64,000 nucleotides of DNA from Candidatus Lustribacter sp. (GCA_965277805.1 OZ255842.1:4832001-4896000), one strand, 5' to 3'. Shown: positions 41,254 through 50,427, counted from the first letter of the stretch. The notes: generated by a model not told the origin, from the letters alone. A program made the numbers and translations.

Positions 41254-42537
41254 CTAGGTCTTCTGGCCTAGCAAATGCTCAATTTCCAATCGGCGCTGCG
41301 CTGTCGGCGGAAATGCTTCGTCAGAATCCATAACGCGAAGAATCTGAATCATCGGTCGATCTTCATCTGTTGCGAAGATATCGTCATTTCGCGCGGTATC
41401 GTTATCACCCGAAGTAGAGAGGACCGCCGCGACTCGGTTTGAGCCTGGATCATAAAATCCATAGAAGCGTTGGAACGGACAAGCATGTGGTTCGCATTCA
41501 TCGAAAATAACATATTGGCGACCATTTTGATCCACGAGCAGTTTTAGAGTCGATGCAACTCCGCCCGCGCCTTCTATCCATCGCGCTGACTTGCCGCGAG
41601 AAGTTCGCTCGGCGTCTTTAACGGCAGCGTTGAATGCGGAAGCGAACTTTGGATCACGGCGGTATAAGTCAAACGCATACGTAGAACCCGAGAGTGACGT
41701 CCCATCAAAGCTCGCGGGAAGCACTCCCGCTCTGAGCCCGAGAAAAAGCCGCTGGGCGGTTTCGATGTCGCTGACTTTCGGTTGCGTCGATTGAGTTTGT
41801 TGCGGCGCTGCCACCGGCGTGCCGGATGACCCGCTGAGATCCTTAGCTGCGTTGATTTCAACCGCAAGCCGATCATGCAAGTCCGACATCCGGCTCCATA
41901 TGCTATCCCACTGTGAACGACTTGCAGCCTCCTGTTCGTCCGAGGTCCTGTAAAGCGCAGCGACGTCCTCACTCGACCGATAAAATTGATGATTAACACT
42001 TGCGGCGACGCTGTCGTCGATGTCGCTAGCAGCGCGCAGCCAGTCGGAGAGACCCGTACCTTCTGCTTGGGATGCGGCGGAAATGTCAGCAATCAACGAC
42101 GACGTAGTTGCTTCACCGAAGTGGTCGCCTAAGGCAGTAGCCGCACCCCGCGCAGCATTCGCCTTCGCTTCTGAAAGCGCTCCGAGCTGTTCGACATCAT
42201 CCTTTTCGGTATTAATGTATCCGAGAATGTCCGCGTCGTCGCCCGGAGTTTTACTGTAGAGGTCGTGACGCTGTTGGCTCGCTTCCTCAGCATCCATTAG
42301 GACTTTGTCGTATTGATCTTTTGACGAAGAAAACTGCGCAAGTGTCGCATCGATGCGAGAGCCTAGCGCGCTTAGGCTTCGAAAATTCGCTAAGGCTACA
42401 GCTTGAGCCGCGGCGATGCGTGCTCGGTCCGCCGCGGCTGCGACATCGCGTTGGTGTTTTTCTACTCCGAACACTACGCCCGCACCGACAATGCAAATTA
42501 AGAAGACAAGGCCGAGGACAGTCCCTACCCGCTTCAT
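41254..42537 (-). CDS. Membrane-anchored coiled-coil protein with C-terminal Ivy-like lysozyme inhibitor domain
   Basis: N-terminal TM; WIEGAGG...YVIFDECEPHACPFQR resembles Ivy CKPHDC loop. Confidence 0.7.
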   Translation of the reverse strand: MKRVGTVLGLVFLICIVGAGVVFGVEKHQRDVAAAADRARIAAAQAVALANFRSLSALGSRIDATLAQFSSSKDQYDKVLMDAEEASQQRHDLYSKTPGDDADILGYINTEKDDVEQLGALSEAKANAARGAATALGDHFGEATTSSLIADISAASQAEGTGLSDWLRAASDIDDSVAASVNHQFYRSSEDVAALYRTSDEQEAASRSQWDSIWSRMSDLHDRLAVEINAAKDLSGSSGTPVAAPQQTQSTQPKVSDIETAQRLFLGLRAGVLPASFDGTSLSGSTYAFDLYRRDPKFASAFNAAVKDAERTSRGKSARWIEGAGGVASTLKLLVDQNGRQYVIFDECEPHACPFQRFYGFYDPGSNRVAAVLSTSGDNDTARNDDIFATDEDRPMIQILRVMDSDEAFPPTAQRRLEIEHLLGQKT

Positions 42538-42927
42538 TTTGATAGCTTCTTCAGCGAGATAATCATCTCGGTACTCATGGAAGGTCGCCTCTCCCGGCGC
42601 GCAGCGCCTGACAGAGGGTGCGTCGGTGAAGCGCTCTGACTCCTGCTTGCCCGATCATATCCAAGCTTCACGCTGTCGAAGGAACGTGTTGCCGAGCTTA
42701 GGCCGGATGTCGACGGACAGCTAGTCGGCGAGGCCAACAACGTTCGTTTCTCTTTTTTCTTCCAGCCGACCGGAAAGTGCCGCAACTCACGAGCTTCGGC
42801 TCCGTGCGTCCGCGAATCGCCTTGGTGACCCCGATGCGTTCGAGCTCCTCGGCGGTGCTCACGCCGTCGTCGAAGCAGCCAACGGTCGGCTGTGGACCGA
42901 CCTGCCTGTTTGCGCCACCTCATCCAT

Positions 42928-43239
42928 TCAGGGATCGTACGTCGCCGCGGCAAACGCAGTGCGCTCGCGGCGCTCGGCGTTGCTGAGGTGGTGGCACCAT
43001 AATTCAGCGACCACGCTCGGGTCGTCTTCAAATGGAACAAAGTCAACCGCGATCACGACGAAGCTGTCTTGGCCACCGCCATCTTCCGCCGGGATATGCA
43101 GTTCTTTGCGATGCTCGTCGGACAGCTCAATGTTAACAAATTCACCGACGCATGGAACTCGCTCAAACGTTTGTTCGAGATTCATAACCCGCGTTAGAGT
43201 CTGCGTCGGACCGTAGAGATGAACAAAGACTGATCTCAT
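42928..43239 (-). CDS. Hypothetical protein directly after terL
   Basis: TGAATG junction. Confidence 0.6.
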   Translation of the reverse strand: MRSVFVHLYGPTQTLTRVMNLEQTFERVPCVGEFVNIELSDEHRKELHIPAEDGGGQDSFVVIAVDFVPFEDDPSVVAELWCHHLSNAERRERTAFAAATYDP

Positions 43240-44505
43240 TCAGAAGCCTTTCGAATTTCCGCGCGTCATCAACACGCCGTAGCAGAATGTATCGAGCAGA
43301 TCTAGGCCGTCGCTCGCTTTGGAACCCACGCGGAAGTTCGTCACCTGTTTGATGAGGTGGTTGGCCGAGATACGCTTGTGGACTTTCGTCTTGTTGTAGG
43401 CGCGATCGGTGATCTTCACGTCGCCGGCATAGACGTACGGGCTCGCTGCAATCGCTCTTTCGTCTTTACCTAGAGCGGTAAGCTTTGAGTCGATCGCATG
43501 TGCCGGCCAGCCAGCATTGCGCGCCTGCTGCAGAAGCACGATGCCCGTGCCCTTTTCCTCAATCAGGGCGCCCGCCGAACCGTTCCGCGCCCCGCAGATC
43601 CGCGCAAGATCCTCGCACCGCTGAAAGATGGTCGGGAGCCAATTCGCCTGATCGGCCCCTTCGATAGACAGGACATCCCAATCGAGGATGAGCGTTTGCG
43701 GGTGCGTCAGGCTGTTGTAGCTCCACCACGTTACGCCGGTGGAGTTGTGCTCGGTGCCGCTCTTAATCGCCGTGTCGACCGTCGCGAGCACCACATCGCA
43801 GCGATCGGGGAACGGAGCGGGAGCCCCATTAATGAGCAGCGAGTCCAACGGGAAGAACGCAACGCCCGACCAGTCGACGAACTCGGCGAGGTACTCTTGC
43901 CGGTAGACCTCTGGTGAGTTTTCGAGTTCGAGCTTGGCGACCTCATCGGCGGGCAGGTAGGGATTCGTCGACGTCGGGGCGTGGAACTCGACGAACTCGC
44001 TCTGCGGGTCGTTGCAGATTGTGTAGAACCAGTTATCTTCGTCCTTGCCGGCGGGCGTAGAGAACACCCAACCAACCCCCCCGAAGTCGAGCAGCGTCGG
44101 CTTGATCGACTTGGACCAGATCTCTTCCATCTCGGGACCAGCGAACGCAGCTTCGTCAATCATGACGCCGTGATAATGGCGAGAGCGACCGGCGCGCTTG
44201 TTATTGAGCGTCCAGAAATCGACGCGCCCCCCGCCCGTGCAGCGAATGACCCCATCGATTTTCGAAGCCGAAATCGTGATCGGGTCAAGGATCTCGAAAA
44301 TCTCGCGATAGGTCTCGGACGTGATCTTGTAATCGGGAGCGAAAAGGCCCCATGATTCGCCGCGGGCAACGCGATCGCAAATGATCGTTGAGGCCATCGC
44401 CGTCTTGCCCCAGCGCCGCCCGCACCGGATGACCTTATATCGGCCCAGCACCCTCCACGCATCGATCTGGCCGCTATGCAGCTGCGGCAGCGTTATTGTG
44501 GGAAT
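43240..44505 (-). CDS. terL: Terminase large subunit
   Basis: CGRRWGKT Walker A, VMIDEAAF Walker B, FSTP, nuclease VDTA...DLLD; start apparently ATT. Confidence 0.9.
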   Translation of the reverse strand: MPTITLPQLHSGQIDAWRVLGRYKVIRCGRRWGKTAMASTIICDRVARGESWGLFAPDYKITSETYREIFEILDPITISASKIDGVIRCTGGGRVDFWTLNNKRAGRSRHYHGVMIDEAAFAGPEMEEIWSKSIKPTLLDFGGVGWVFSTPAGKDEDNWFYTICNDPQSEFVEFHAPTSTNPYLPADEVAKLELENSPEVYRQEYLAEFVDWSGVAFFPLDSLLINGAPAPFPDRCDVVLATVDTAIKSGTEHNSTGVTWWSYNSLTHPQTLILDWDVLSIEGADQANWLPTIFQRCEDLARICGARNGSAGALIEEKGTGIVLLQQARNAGWPAHAIDSKLTALGKDERAIAASPYVYAGDVKITDRAYNKTKVHKRISANHLIKQVTNFRVGSKASDGLDLLDTFCYGVLMTRGNSKGF

Positions 44506-44876
44506 TCGGGCAGTCCCCCGACGATTGTGATTTTCACGTCGGAAGGGACCGCATCGGCCTTCGGCGGCCCATAGAACTCGCGGAAGCGGCGCTCGAGCAC
44601 CCAGGTGGCCTGAGACGATCCGGTACCGCCCTCGAGCGCCTTGCAATGGAGATGGACTCCGCCACGCGCGACAGCGCGCATGATCCGATCGGCAAAATCC
44701 GGATACTGTTCTATCCAACGGTGAGCGGTGCTGCGGCTGACCCCCTCCGCCTCCGCAGCGAGAGCGACCGGCACGCCAAGCTCGAGATGGGCGCAAATCG
44801 CCTTCGCGATCGCTGGATCGACTTTCGCCTTTGGCGGTCGGCCGACGGGGCGGACTGTTTTCGGTCGTTCGCTCAT
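44493..44876 (-). CDS. terS: Terminase small subunit (HTH)
   Basis: GRPPK, AAEAEGVSRSTAHRW, WVLERRF; overlaps terL. Confidence 0.75.
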   Translation of the reverse strand: MSERPKTVRPVGRPPKAKVDPAIAKAICAHLELGVPVALAAEAEGVSRSTAHRWIEQYPDFADRIMRAVARGGVHLHCKALEGGTGSSQATWVLERRFREFYGPPKADAVPSDVKITIVGGLPEFPQ

Positions 44877-44889
44877 GTGAATTGCGTGC

Positions 44890-44910
44890 CTGATAATGGG
44901 TGGTTATCGA
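44890..44910. repeat. lox/dif-like site
   Basis: CTGATAA-tgggtgg-TTATCGA. Confidence 0.55.
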
Positions 44911-44952
44911 GTGCACGGATGATCTCGCCGACGACCGGAACGAGGCCACCCA

Positions 44953-46671
44953 TCAGAATTGCGCCGTTGCGTTGATCGACGTCGCTACGTTCGAAGCGGT
45001 CGAGTTGGTAACGTGGACGTTCACGGCCGGCTTCGAGGAGCGCGCCGCGCGCTGCGAGGCATAGAACTGCTTCGAAATGAGCGCTTCGAACTTATCGGCG
45101 TACGCATTTTGCGAGGGGTAGGAGTGGCCGCCGTAGGTCTGCGGCGCATTGAGTTGCGCCTGCGATTCATCCCAGCTCCCCTCGCCACCGTACCATCCGA
45201 GGGCGATCATGCGCAGGATCTTCTTCGGGTCACTCGTCCGCTTCTCGGCATCGTGCAGCAGCTGCCCATAGAAATCGTTAAAGGCGGCAGTCTGCGCCTT
45301 CGGGCTGCCGAGGAAGTTGGCGCGACCGCGAGCAGTGCTCGTCGACCCGTACTTCGCGATCCACGCCTTGCCGAGGTGCGCGTCCGCCGTGCCGGGCATG
45401 AACTGCCACCGTCCAAGCGCGCCGCTATCGGCGTTGACGGACGTCCAGGAGCCTTCGATGCTTCCCAGCGCGTCGGCGGCTGCAGTGCGCACAATCGGCG
45501 TGCTCAGAGACCTCAGAGTCGGCGCGCCGACGATGCGCTCAAAGACCTGCGCAACGCTCGCGGCCGCGTGTTGAAGGCCGTGAAGCGCGGGGGTGACGCG
45601 CCGCTGAATGGTCTCGCCCAGCGACGCCGCTGCCCCCTTCTCCCCGGTGAGTGCGCCAAGCACTTGCGCGATGACCGGATCGGCGCCGGAGAGGTGATTG
45701 ATCGCAAAGCTCTGCGCGGCGATCCCCGCACCCTCGACGGCCTTCTTGAACGTCGCCGCGTGCGAGACAGCAGTGCGCGTGAGATTCAGCCGGCCAGCAT
45801 TGCGGGCTTCCTCGGCCTGCGATGCGGCGAGGGCCGCCGGTCCTAGCTTGAGCGCATTCCGAACATCCCCGATGTCGCCGCCGAACGACCGGTACGCCTG
45901 GACCGCCGGGATGTTCTCGAGCGGCACATCCGGCATGGCCTGCGCCGCCTTGACCACGCCGCCGAGCATTTTGTAGGCGAGATCTGAGGCCGTCATGATC
46001 CGGGCTTTGTTGAAATCGATTCCGAGCAATGACAAAGGGCCGATATTGCCCAGGTTGAGCTGCGCGTTGGCGGCGGCTTGCAGTGCTCCCGGGCCCATAA
46101 ACTGCTGGCCGTAGACGCCGAAACTCGCTTCTTGGCCCGGCGTAATGCCTTTGCTAAACGCCGAGCGCTGACGCGTGACCGCAGCGTCCGCAAGGGCCTT
46201 TGCCGCAGCTCCAGCACCTCCGACGGCCGCGGCGATCGCGCCGGCCGCAAGTCCCACGGGCCCAAGCGCAGAGAGTGCTCCTTCCGCTACGCCAGCGAGG
46301 CCGGAGCCGACTTTGCTGATACTGGCATCGGCTGCGCCGGAAAATGCCTTCCACGCGCTTTGTCCCGTCGTGCCGATGTTCCGCACCGACTCGTGCATCG
46401 TCGAGAGGCTCTTGTTGTTCGAGGCGGTCGCTTTCGCAAACGCGCTCTGAGCAGTGGTAGCGTCACGCAGGTGCACCGCAATAAGATCGGCCTGTGCCGC
46501 GGCTAGTGCGAGAGACTCTTTTGCGGTCGCCCCAGCGCCGCCCATCGCCTTGTTGAGTGACTCCCATTTCTCGGGCTGCTCGTCGAGCGATTCCGAATAG
46601 CCCATAAAGAGGTCCAGGAATTTCTGAAATTTCGAATCATCGAAATCGATCGAAATAATAGGGCGAGCCAT
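44953..46671 (-). CDS. Tape-measure-like protein with C-terminal lysozyme-fold/transglycosylase domain
   Basis: Ala/Gly-rich helical body with hydrophobic segment; SIEGS...SGALGRWQFMPGTA...WYGG. Confidence 0.7.
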   Translation of the reverse strand: MARPIISIDFDDSKFQKFLDLFMGYSESLDEQPEKWESLNKAMGGAGATAKESLALAAAQADLIAVHLRDATTAQSAFAKATASNNKSLSTMHESVRNIGTTGQSAWKAFSGAADASISKVGSGLAGVAEGALSALGPVGLAAGAIAAAVGGAGAAAKALADAAVTRQRSAFSKGITPGQEASFGVYGQQFMGPGALQAAANAQLNLGNIGPLSLLGIDFNKARIMTASDLAYKMLGGVVKAAQAMPDVPLENIPAVQAYRSFGGDIGDVRNALKLGPAALAASQAEEARNAGRLNLTRTAVSHAATFKKAVEGAGIAAQSFAINHLSGADPVIAQVLGALTGEKGAAASLGETIQRRVTPALHGLQHAAASVAQVFERIVGAPTLRSLSTPIVRTAAADALGSIEGSWTSVNADSGALGRWQFMPGTADAHLGKAWIAKYGSTSTARGRANFLGSPKAQTAAFNDFYGQLLHDAEKRTSDPKKILRMIALGWYGGEGSWDESQAQLNAPQTYGGHSYPSQNAYADKFEALISKQFYASQRAARSSKPAVNVHVTNSTASNVATSINATAQF

Positions 46672-46909
46672 AGATCTACCGTCCTTCACTTCGTGACAAC
46701 CGACGCGAGCGGCATCCGATGTCGCAGTATCTCACGCTAGCCCTCAAGTGTCAGCACCGACGTATCGGAACGAACGGCGTCACGCACGGGACGACCGGGC
46801 TTTCGCCCGACACGGGTCGCGTCGTGCGTCCGATAATAGGACCGTTACTGAAAACGATGAGCGGGCTCGCGCGTAACGCGCGTGGGCGATGAGCGTTTCG
46901 GAAAATGTC

Positions 46910-47089
46910 TCAGATGACATCATCGGCCTCGATCGTGACGACGAGGCGGATGGGAACCTCGTCCTCGGGAAGAGCGTCCTTGCGGACGTAGACGTACCGC
47001 ACCGGCGCGGTCACCTCATCGGCTTCGTAGCGCCAGTTCCGCATCGTCTCTTTCTCGCGGTGCAGGCGGACCTCGATCGGCTCCATCAT
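46910..47089 (-). CDS. Small hypothetical protein
   Basis: MMEPIEVRLHREKET...YVRKDALP. Confidence 0.55.
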   Translation of the reverse strand: MMEPIEVRLHREKETMRNWRYEADEVTAPVRYVYVRKDALPEDEVPIRLVVTIEADDVI

Positions 47090-47099
47090 CGATCCGCCA

Positions 47100-47519
47100 T
47101 CAGAGGGACCGCAATCGCTGTTCCAGCGCCTGCTCTTGCCGATCCAGATATGCGTCGCGTTCGGCTGTTGTGGCGAAACGCGCCGGCGTGCTTGGGGCAG
47201 GCCGGCTGAGACGCTTCGGTCTACGGCGGGCTGCGGGTTCGGGTTGTTCCGCTTTACGCGCGATCGGTGTCGGGGTTGCGATGGCAAGTCGCTCGAGAAC
47301 CGCGGCGCAGAAGGCTTCCGCGAGGACCGGCTCCAGCCAAAACGTTCGTTTGTGCTCATCGCCGATTGAGCGAGGCTTTGCGAACGCCGGTTTACCCACG
47401 GGCGCGAAGATGCAGATGTCGAACTTCCCGAACCCCGAGACGGCGATCGTTGCTGCGGCGACGAGACTGCCGTACTTTAGGCGCTCAACGGCCACGATGC
47501 GGAACGCTGGCTGCATCAT
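47100..47519 (-). CDS. Hypothetical protein
   Basis: ATGA overlap with upstream gene. Confidence 0.55.
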   Translation of the reverse strand: MMQPAFRIVAVERLKYGSLVAAATIAVSGFGKFDICIFAPVGKPAFAKPRSIGDEHKRTFWLEPVLAEAFCAAVLERLAIATPTPIARKAEQPEPAARRRPKRLSRPAPSTPARFATTAERDAYLDRQEQALEQRLRSL

Positions 47520-47872
47520 GACGTTGCCGGCCCTGAGCGCTCGACGCAGCGCCAGCAAATCCAAGAGCCGTTCGCATACTGGACACAGCGATCGATCTTC
47601 AGACAGCAACCGCACAGGCGTCCGCCGGCACTGAGGGCGCCGATCGCGGCCGCTACAACCGCTGAGGCTCGTGCTACTTCGACCGGTGAGCCACGGCGGT
47701 CGCAGACTTCGTACTCAACGAGCACTGCGCGGATCGCGTCGCGGTGCGGGCGAAGCCGCGTTACCCAAGCGTCAAGTTCGTCAGCCGGCGCGCGAACCCG
47801 AACCTCGGCGCCGACGACGGTGAATTCAAGCCCGCGCCGCCGCGCCTCGACGACGAGCGCCCACGCGTTCAA
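47516..47872 (-). CDS. TubC-N-like protein with C-terminal Cys cluster
   Basis: LVVEARRRGL...VRVRAP...LRPHRDAIRAVL; CGCC...CWRC. Confidence 0.55.
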   Translation of the reverse strand: MNAWALVVEARRRGLEFTVVGAEVRVRAPADELDAWVTRLRPHRDAIRAVLVEYEVCDRRGSPVEVARASAVVAAAIGALSAGGRLCGCCLKIDRCVQYANGSWICWRCVERSGPATS

Positions 47873-49341
47873 AGCATTGCCTCGGCGACCGGCGCACTGC
47901 TTTTCGACACGGCAACGGGCTCGACGGGGCTGTTTTCGCGAGTGCGGTCACGGTCACGGTCAATATATATATCTGACCGCTGACCGCGTTCGTTTAAGGA
48001 CGACGAGGAACGGTCCCCGTCCGAAGGGCCGGGGGACGCGTTCTCATCTCCGGATCGGCCTGCGCGGTCACGAGTGCGGTCAGACGTGACCGCGTTCAAA
48101 CCCCCGTCGCTACTGTTGTTTACGCGAACGCGGTCACGAGTGCGGTCACGAGCGACCGGGTTCGCGAGTGTCGGGGCGACCTGATCAGGCAGCCCGTACA
48201 GCGTCTTTCGCTCTATTTTTCCGATTACGACGATCGTTTTGGCCTTCTTGAGCTGTTCGAACGCCCGTTTCATGTTGCCGCGGTCAGCGCCGAGGGCGAC
48301 GATTGTGAGCGGCCCCTCGGCCTCGAGCCGGTCCAGAATGGCGCTCTCGGCGTCGGTGACTTTTTCGGCGACAGCTTCCGGCGAGGTCGCGTCGGCCGCG
48401 ATGATAATCGAGCATGGTGGCTCGCCGGACTCGAGCCGCGCGGTAATGGGCCACTCCGTTCCGGCCGCTACACCGTCGAGCGGGAAGCGCGTCTTGTCGA
48501 CCTTGAGCGCATGCATCGGCCGGCCGTCGCGGGATTTCAAGACGAGGTGAATATCCACAGCTGCGATGATGTCTCGGGATCCGCTGACCCGTTCCCGATC
48601 GGAGTTAGAGACGGCACCGATCTTTCGAACGTGATGTGCGACCACCGCTGCGCAGTCGTATGCTTGGCAGAGGCGCAGTAGGACCGCGAATGGACGGCGG
48701 ACCTCGCCAGCATCGTTCTCGTCAATTTCGAAGAGCGCCCGAAGCGTATCGAACACGATCACCGCCGGGCGGATCTGTTCAATGAGCCGCTCAAGCCGCT
48801 CGCAGTCCTGGTCGTTGAACCGAAATGTGGCGAGCCCGTCGCAGCCTTCGAAGATGATCCGCCCGGGCGGTACCGCGCCCCCGAATCCGGCCACGGCTTG
48901 GTGCACGTACTGCCTGAGCAGATCGCGCCCCATTTCGCCATTAATGTAGAGCACGGGACGCCCCGCCGCAGCTGTCTCGAATCGGCCGGCCGCTAGCGCA
49001 TCGAGAGCAAGCGCCACTGACGCGTGCATGAGGAACGCCGACTTGCCGCCGCCCGTATCAGCCGACACCAGGGTAACACCGCGCTCGGCGATCAGATGCT
49101 CGACCACGAATTTCGGCGGCTCGTACGACTGGCAAAGCAGATCCGCGGCGTCCAACGTTTGGAGACCGGCATCAGCGCCATCGGTTTCCAAGCGTTCTCC
49201 GGGCTTCGGCGCTGCGGAAAGCGCCATCGCCTTTTCGACGAGGTCCTTAAGTTGGTCGACGGTGCCACCTTCGGCAATCCAATCCGAAACGTCGAAGCCA
49301 TCGCTACGCATTCGCATCAAGCTCCACGATCCGCACGTCAT
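47869..49341 (-). CDS. RepA-like AAA helicase (continuation of frameshifted primase)
   Basis: ADTGGGKS, VLYINGE, IVFDT, HHVRK, SGSRDI. Confidence 0.85.
   Translation of the reverse strand: MTCGSWSLMRMRSDGFDVSDWIAEGGTVDQLKDLVEKAMALSAAPKPGERLETDGADAGLQTLDAADLLCQSYEPPKFVVEHLIAERGVTLVSADTGGGKSAFLMHASVALALDALAAGRFETAAAGRPVLYINGEMGRDLLRQYVHQAVAGFGGAVPPGRIIFEGCDGLATFRFNDQDCERLERLIEQIRPAVIVFDTLRALFEIDENDAGEVRRPFAVLLRLCQAYDCAAVVAHHVRKIGAVSNSDRERVSGSRDIIAAVDIHLVLKSRDGRPMHALKVDKTRFPLDGVAAGTEWPITARLESGEPPCSIIIAADATSPEAVAEKVTDAESAILDRLEAEGPLTIVALGADRGNMKRAFEQLKKAKTIVVIGKIERKTLYGLPDQVAPTLANPVARDRTRDRVRVNNSSDGGLNAVTSDRTRDRAGRSGDENASPGPSDGDRSSSSLNERGQRSDIYIDRDRDRTRENSPVEPVAVSKSSAPVAEAML
47944..48148. repeat. 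Iteron cluster / putative replication origin
   Basis: Ten (G)CGGTCA copies in both orientations around ATATATATAT. Confidence 0.7.
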
Positions 49342-49762
49342 TGCAAACGGCCGTTAAAAGCGCCCCGCGCTCAGCCGCTGCCTCACGGCCCGGCGCGTCG
49401 CAGTCGGGGATAACGACGATTTGCTTCGCTCCCCGGAAGTGCTCAGTGAATTCGGGCGTATACTTCCACGCCGCACCACCGGCGTTTGTGGTGGCACAGA
49501 AGCCAAGCGATTCTAAAGACTCAACGTCCTTTTCACCCTCCACGACGAAGATCGTTTGGCCTTCGGCTTTGCGCTCGAGTAACTGCGGTAGGTGGAATGG
49601 AATGCGTTCTACGCCATCCATATGCCATGTGTGTCCGCCATGTTTGTCGCATCGGCGCTGACGAAAGGTCTTCGGGAAGAAGCGCACCACTTCGTAAATC
49701 GGAGTGCCGGCTGCGTCTTGATAGACGTACACCTTTTCGATGCCGCGCTGCGACGCTGTCAT
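49304..49762 (-). CDS. Toprim primase domain
   Basis: YVYQD..G...YEVVR...KTFRQ; VVEGEKD; IPDCDAPG. Confidence 0.85.
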   Translation of the reverse strand: MTASQRGIEKVYVYQDAAGTPIYEVVRFFPKTFRQRRCDKHGGHTWHMDGVERIPFHLPQLLERKAEGQTIFVVEGEKDVESLESLGFCATTNAGGAAWKYTPEFTEHFRGAKQIVVIPDCDAPGREAAAERGALLTAVCNDVRIVELDANA

Positions 49763-49995
49763 CTGCGGCCTTTCCTCGCTGGGAATAACTCACGCAGTTT
49801 TAAACCAACGGCAGCCATTATCGCAGCGATGGCGCAGCCGGAAAAACAACGGCAAAGAACCGTGCCGTCAGCAACTTCGCGAATGCTCAGCGAGGGCGAT
49901 CGATCGTCATGCGCTGGGCAACGAGCAATCCATTTTCGACCCGGCAATTCACGTACGCCATCGAGCCGCGGAAGCAACAAATCAATCGGCCGCAA
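49759..49995 (-). CDS. Stand-alone CHC2 primase Zn finger
   Basis: CPAHDDRSPSL...CFSGC; ATGA overlap with Toprim. Confidence 0.8.
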   Translation of the reverse strand: MRPIDLLLPRLDGVRELPGRKWIARCPAHDDRSPSLSIREVADGTVLCRCFSGCAIAAIMAAVGLKLRELFPARKGRR

Positions 49996-50188
49996 GAGAT
50001 CGGTCCAATTCCGCAGCGATCTGTGACCCGAGTCGCGCGTCCGGTAACGACATGTTAACGTGCACGCCATGCTCGGATTCGAGCATCTCCAAAATAGTAA
50101 GGAGGCGCGATGCGTCGTCGCAGTCGCCAAGTAGCGCAAGGCGTTCGCCTGCTCCTCCGCTTGCAAAGGCAGCCATCACATCATTCAT
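49982..50188 (-). CDS. Small hypothetical protein
   Basis: ATGA overlap with xis. Confidence 0.5.
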   Translation of the reverse strand: MNDVMAAFASGGAGERLALLGDCDDASRLLTILEMLESEHGVHVNMSLPDARLGSQIAAELDRSLAAD

Positions 50189-50427
50189 TGCGCCTTAACC
50201 ATGCTGCGTGCGATCCAAGCCAGCAATTCGCTAAACGCGATCCTTCGGTCAGCGCCGATCCTGACGTAACCGATTTCACCTGAGTTGATCAGACCGTGAA
50301 TCGTCGTTCGGCTGCAGCCCAGACGTATCGCCGCCTCGCTAATCGTCAACAACAGGGACTCGCAGCTGCTTTTGGGCTCGGACCGGTTCCGCGCGTCGCG
50401 TTTGTCTGTCCGTGGAAGGGCGTTCAT
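50185..50427 (-). CDS. Excisionase-family HTH protein
   Basis: LLTISEAAIRLGCSRTTIHGLINSGEI..VRIG..RRI. Confidence 0.85.
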   Translation of the reverse strand: MNALPRTDKRDARNRSEPKSSCESLLLTISEAAIRLGCSRTTIHGLINSGEIGYVRIGADRRIAFSELLAWIARSMVKAQ

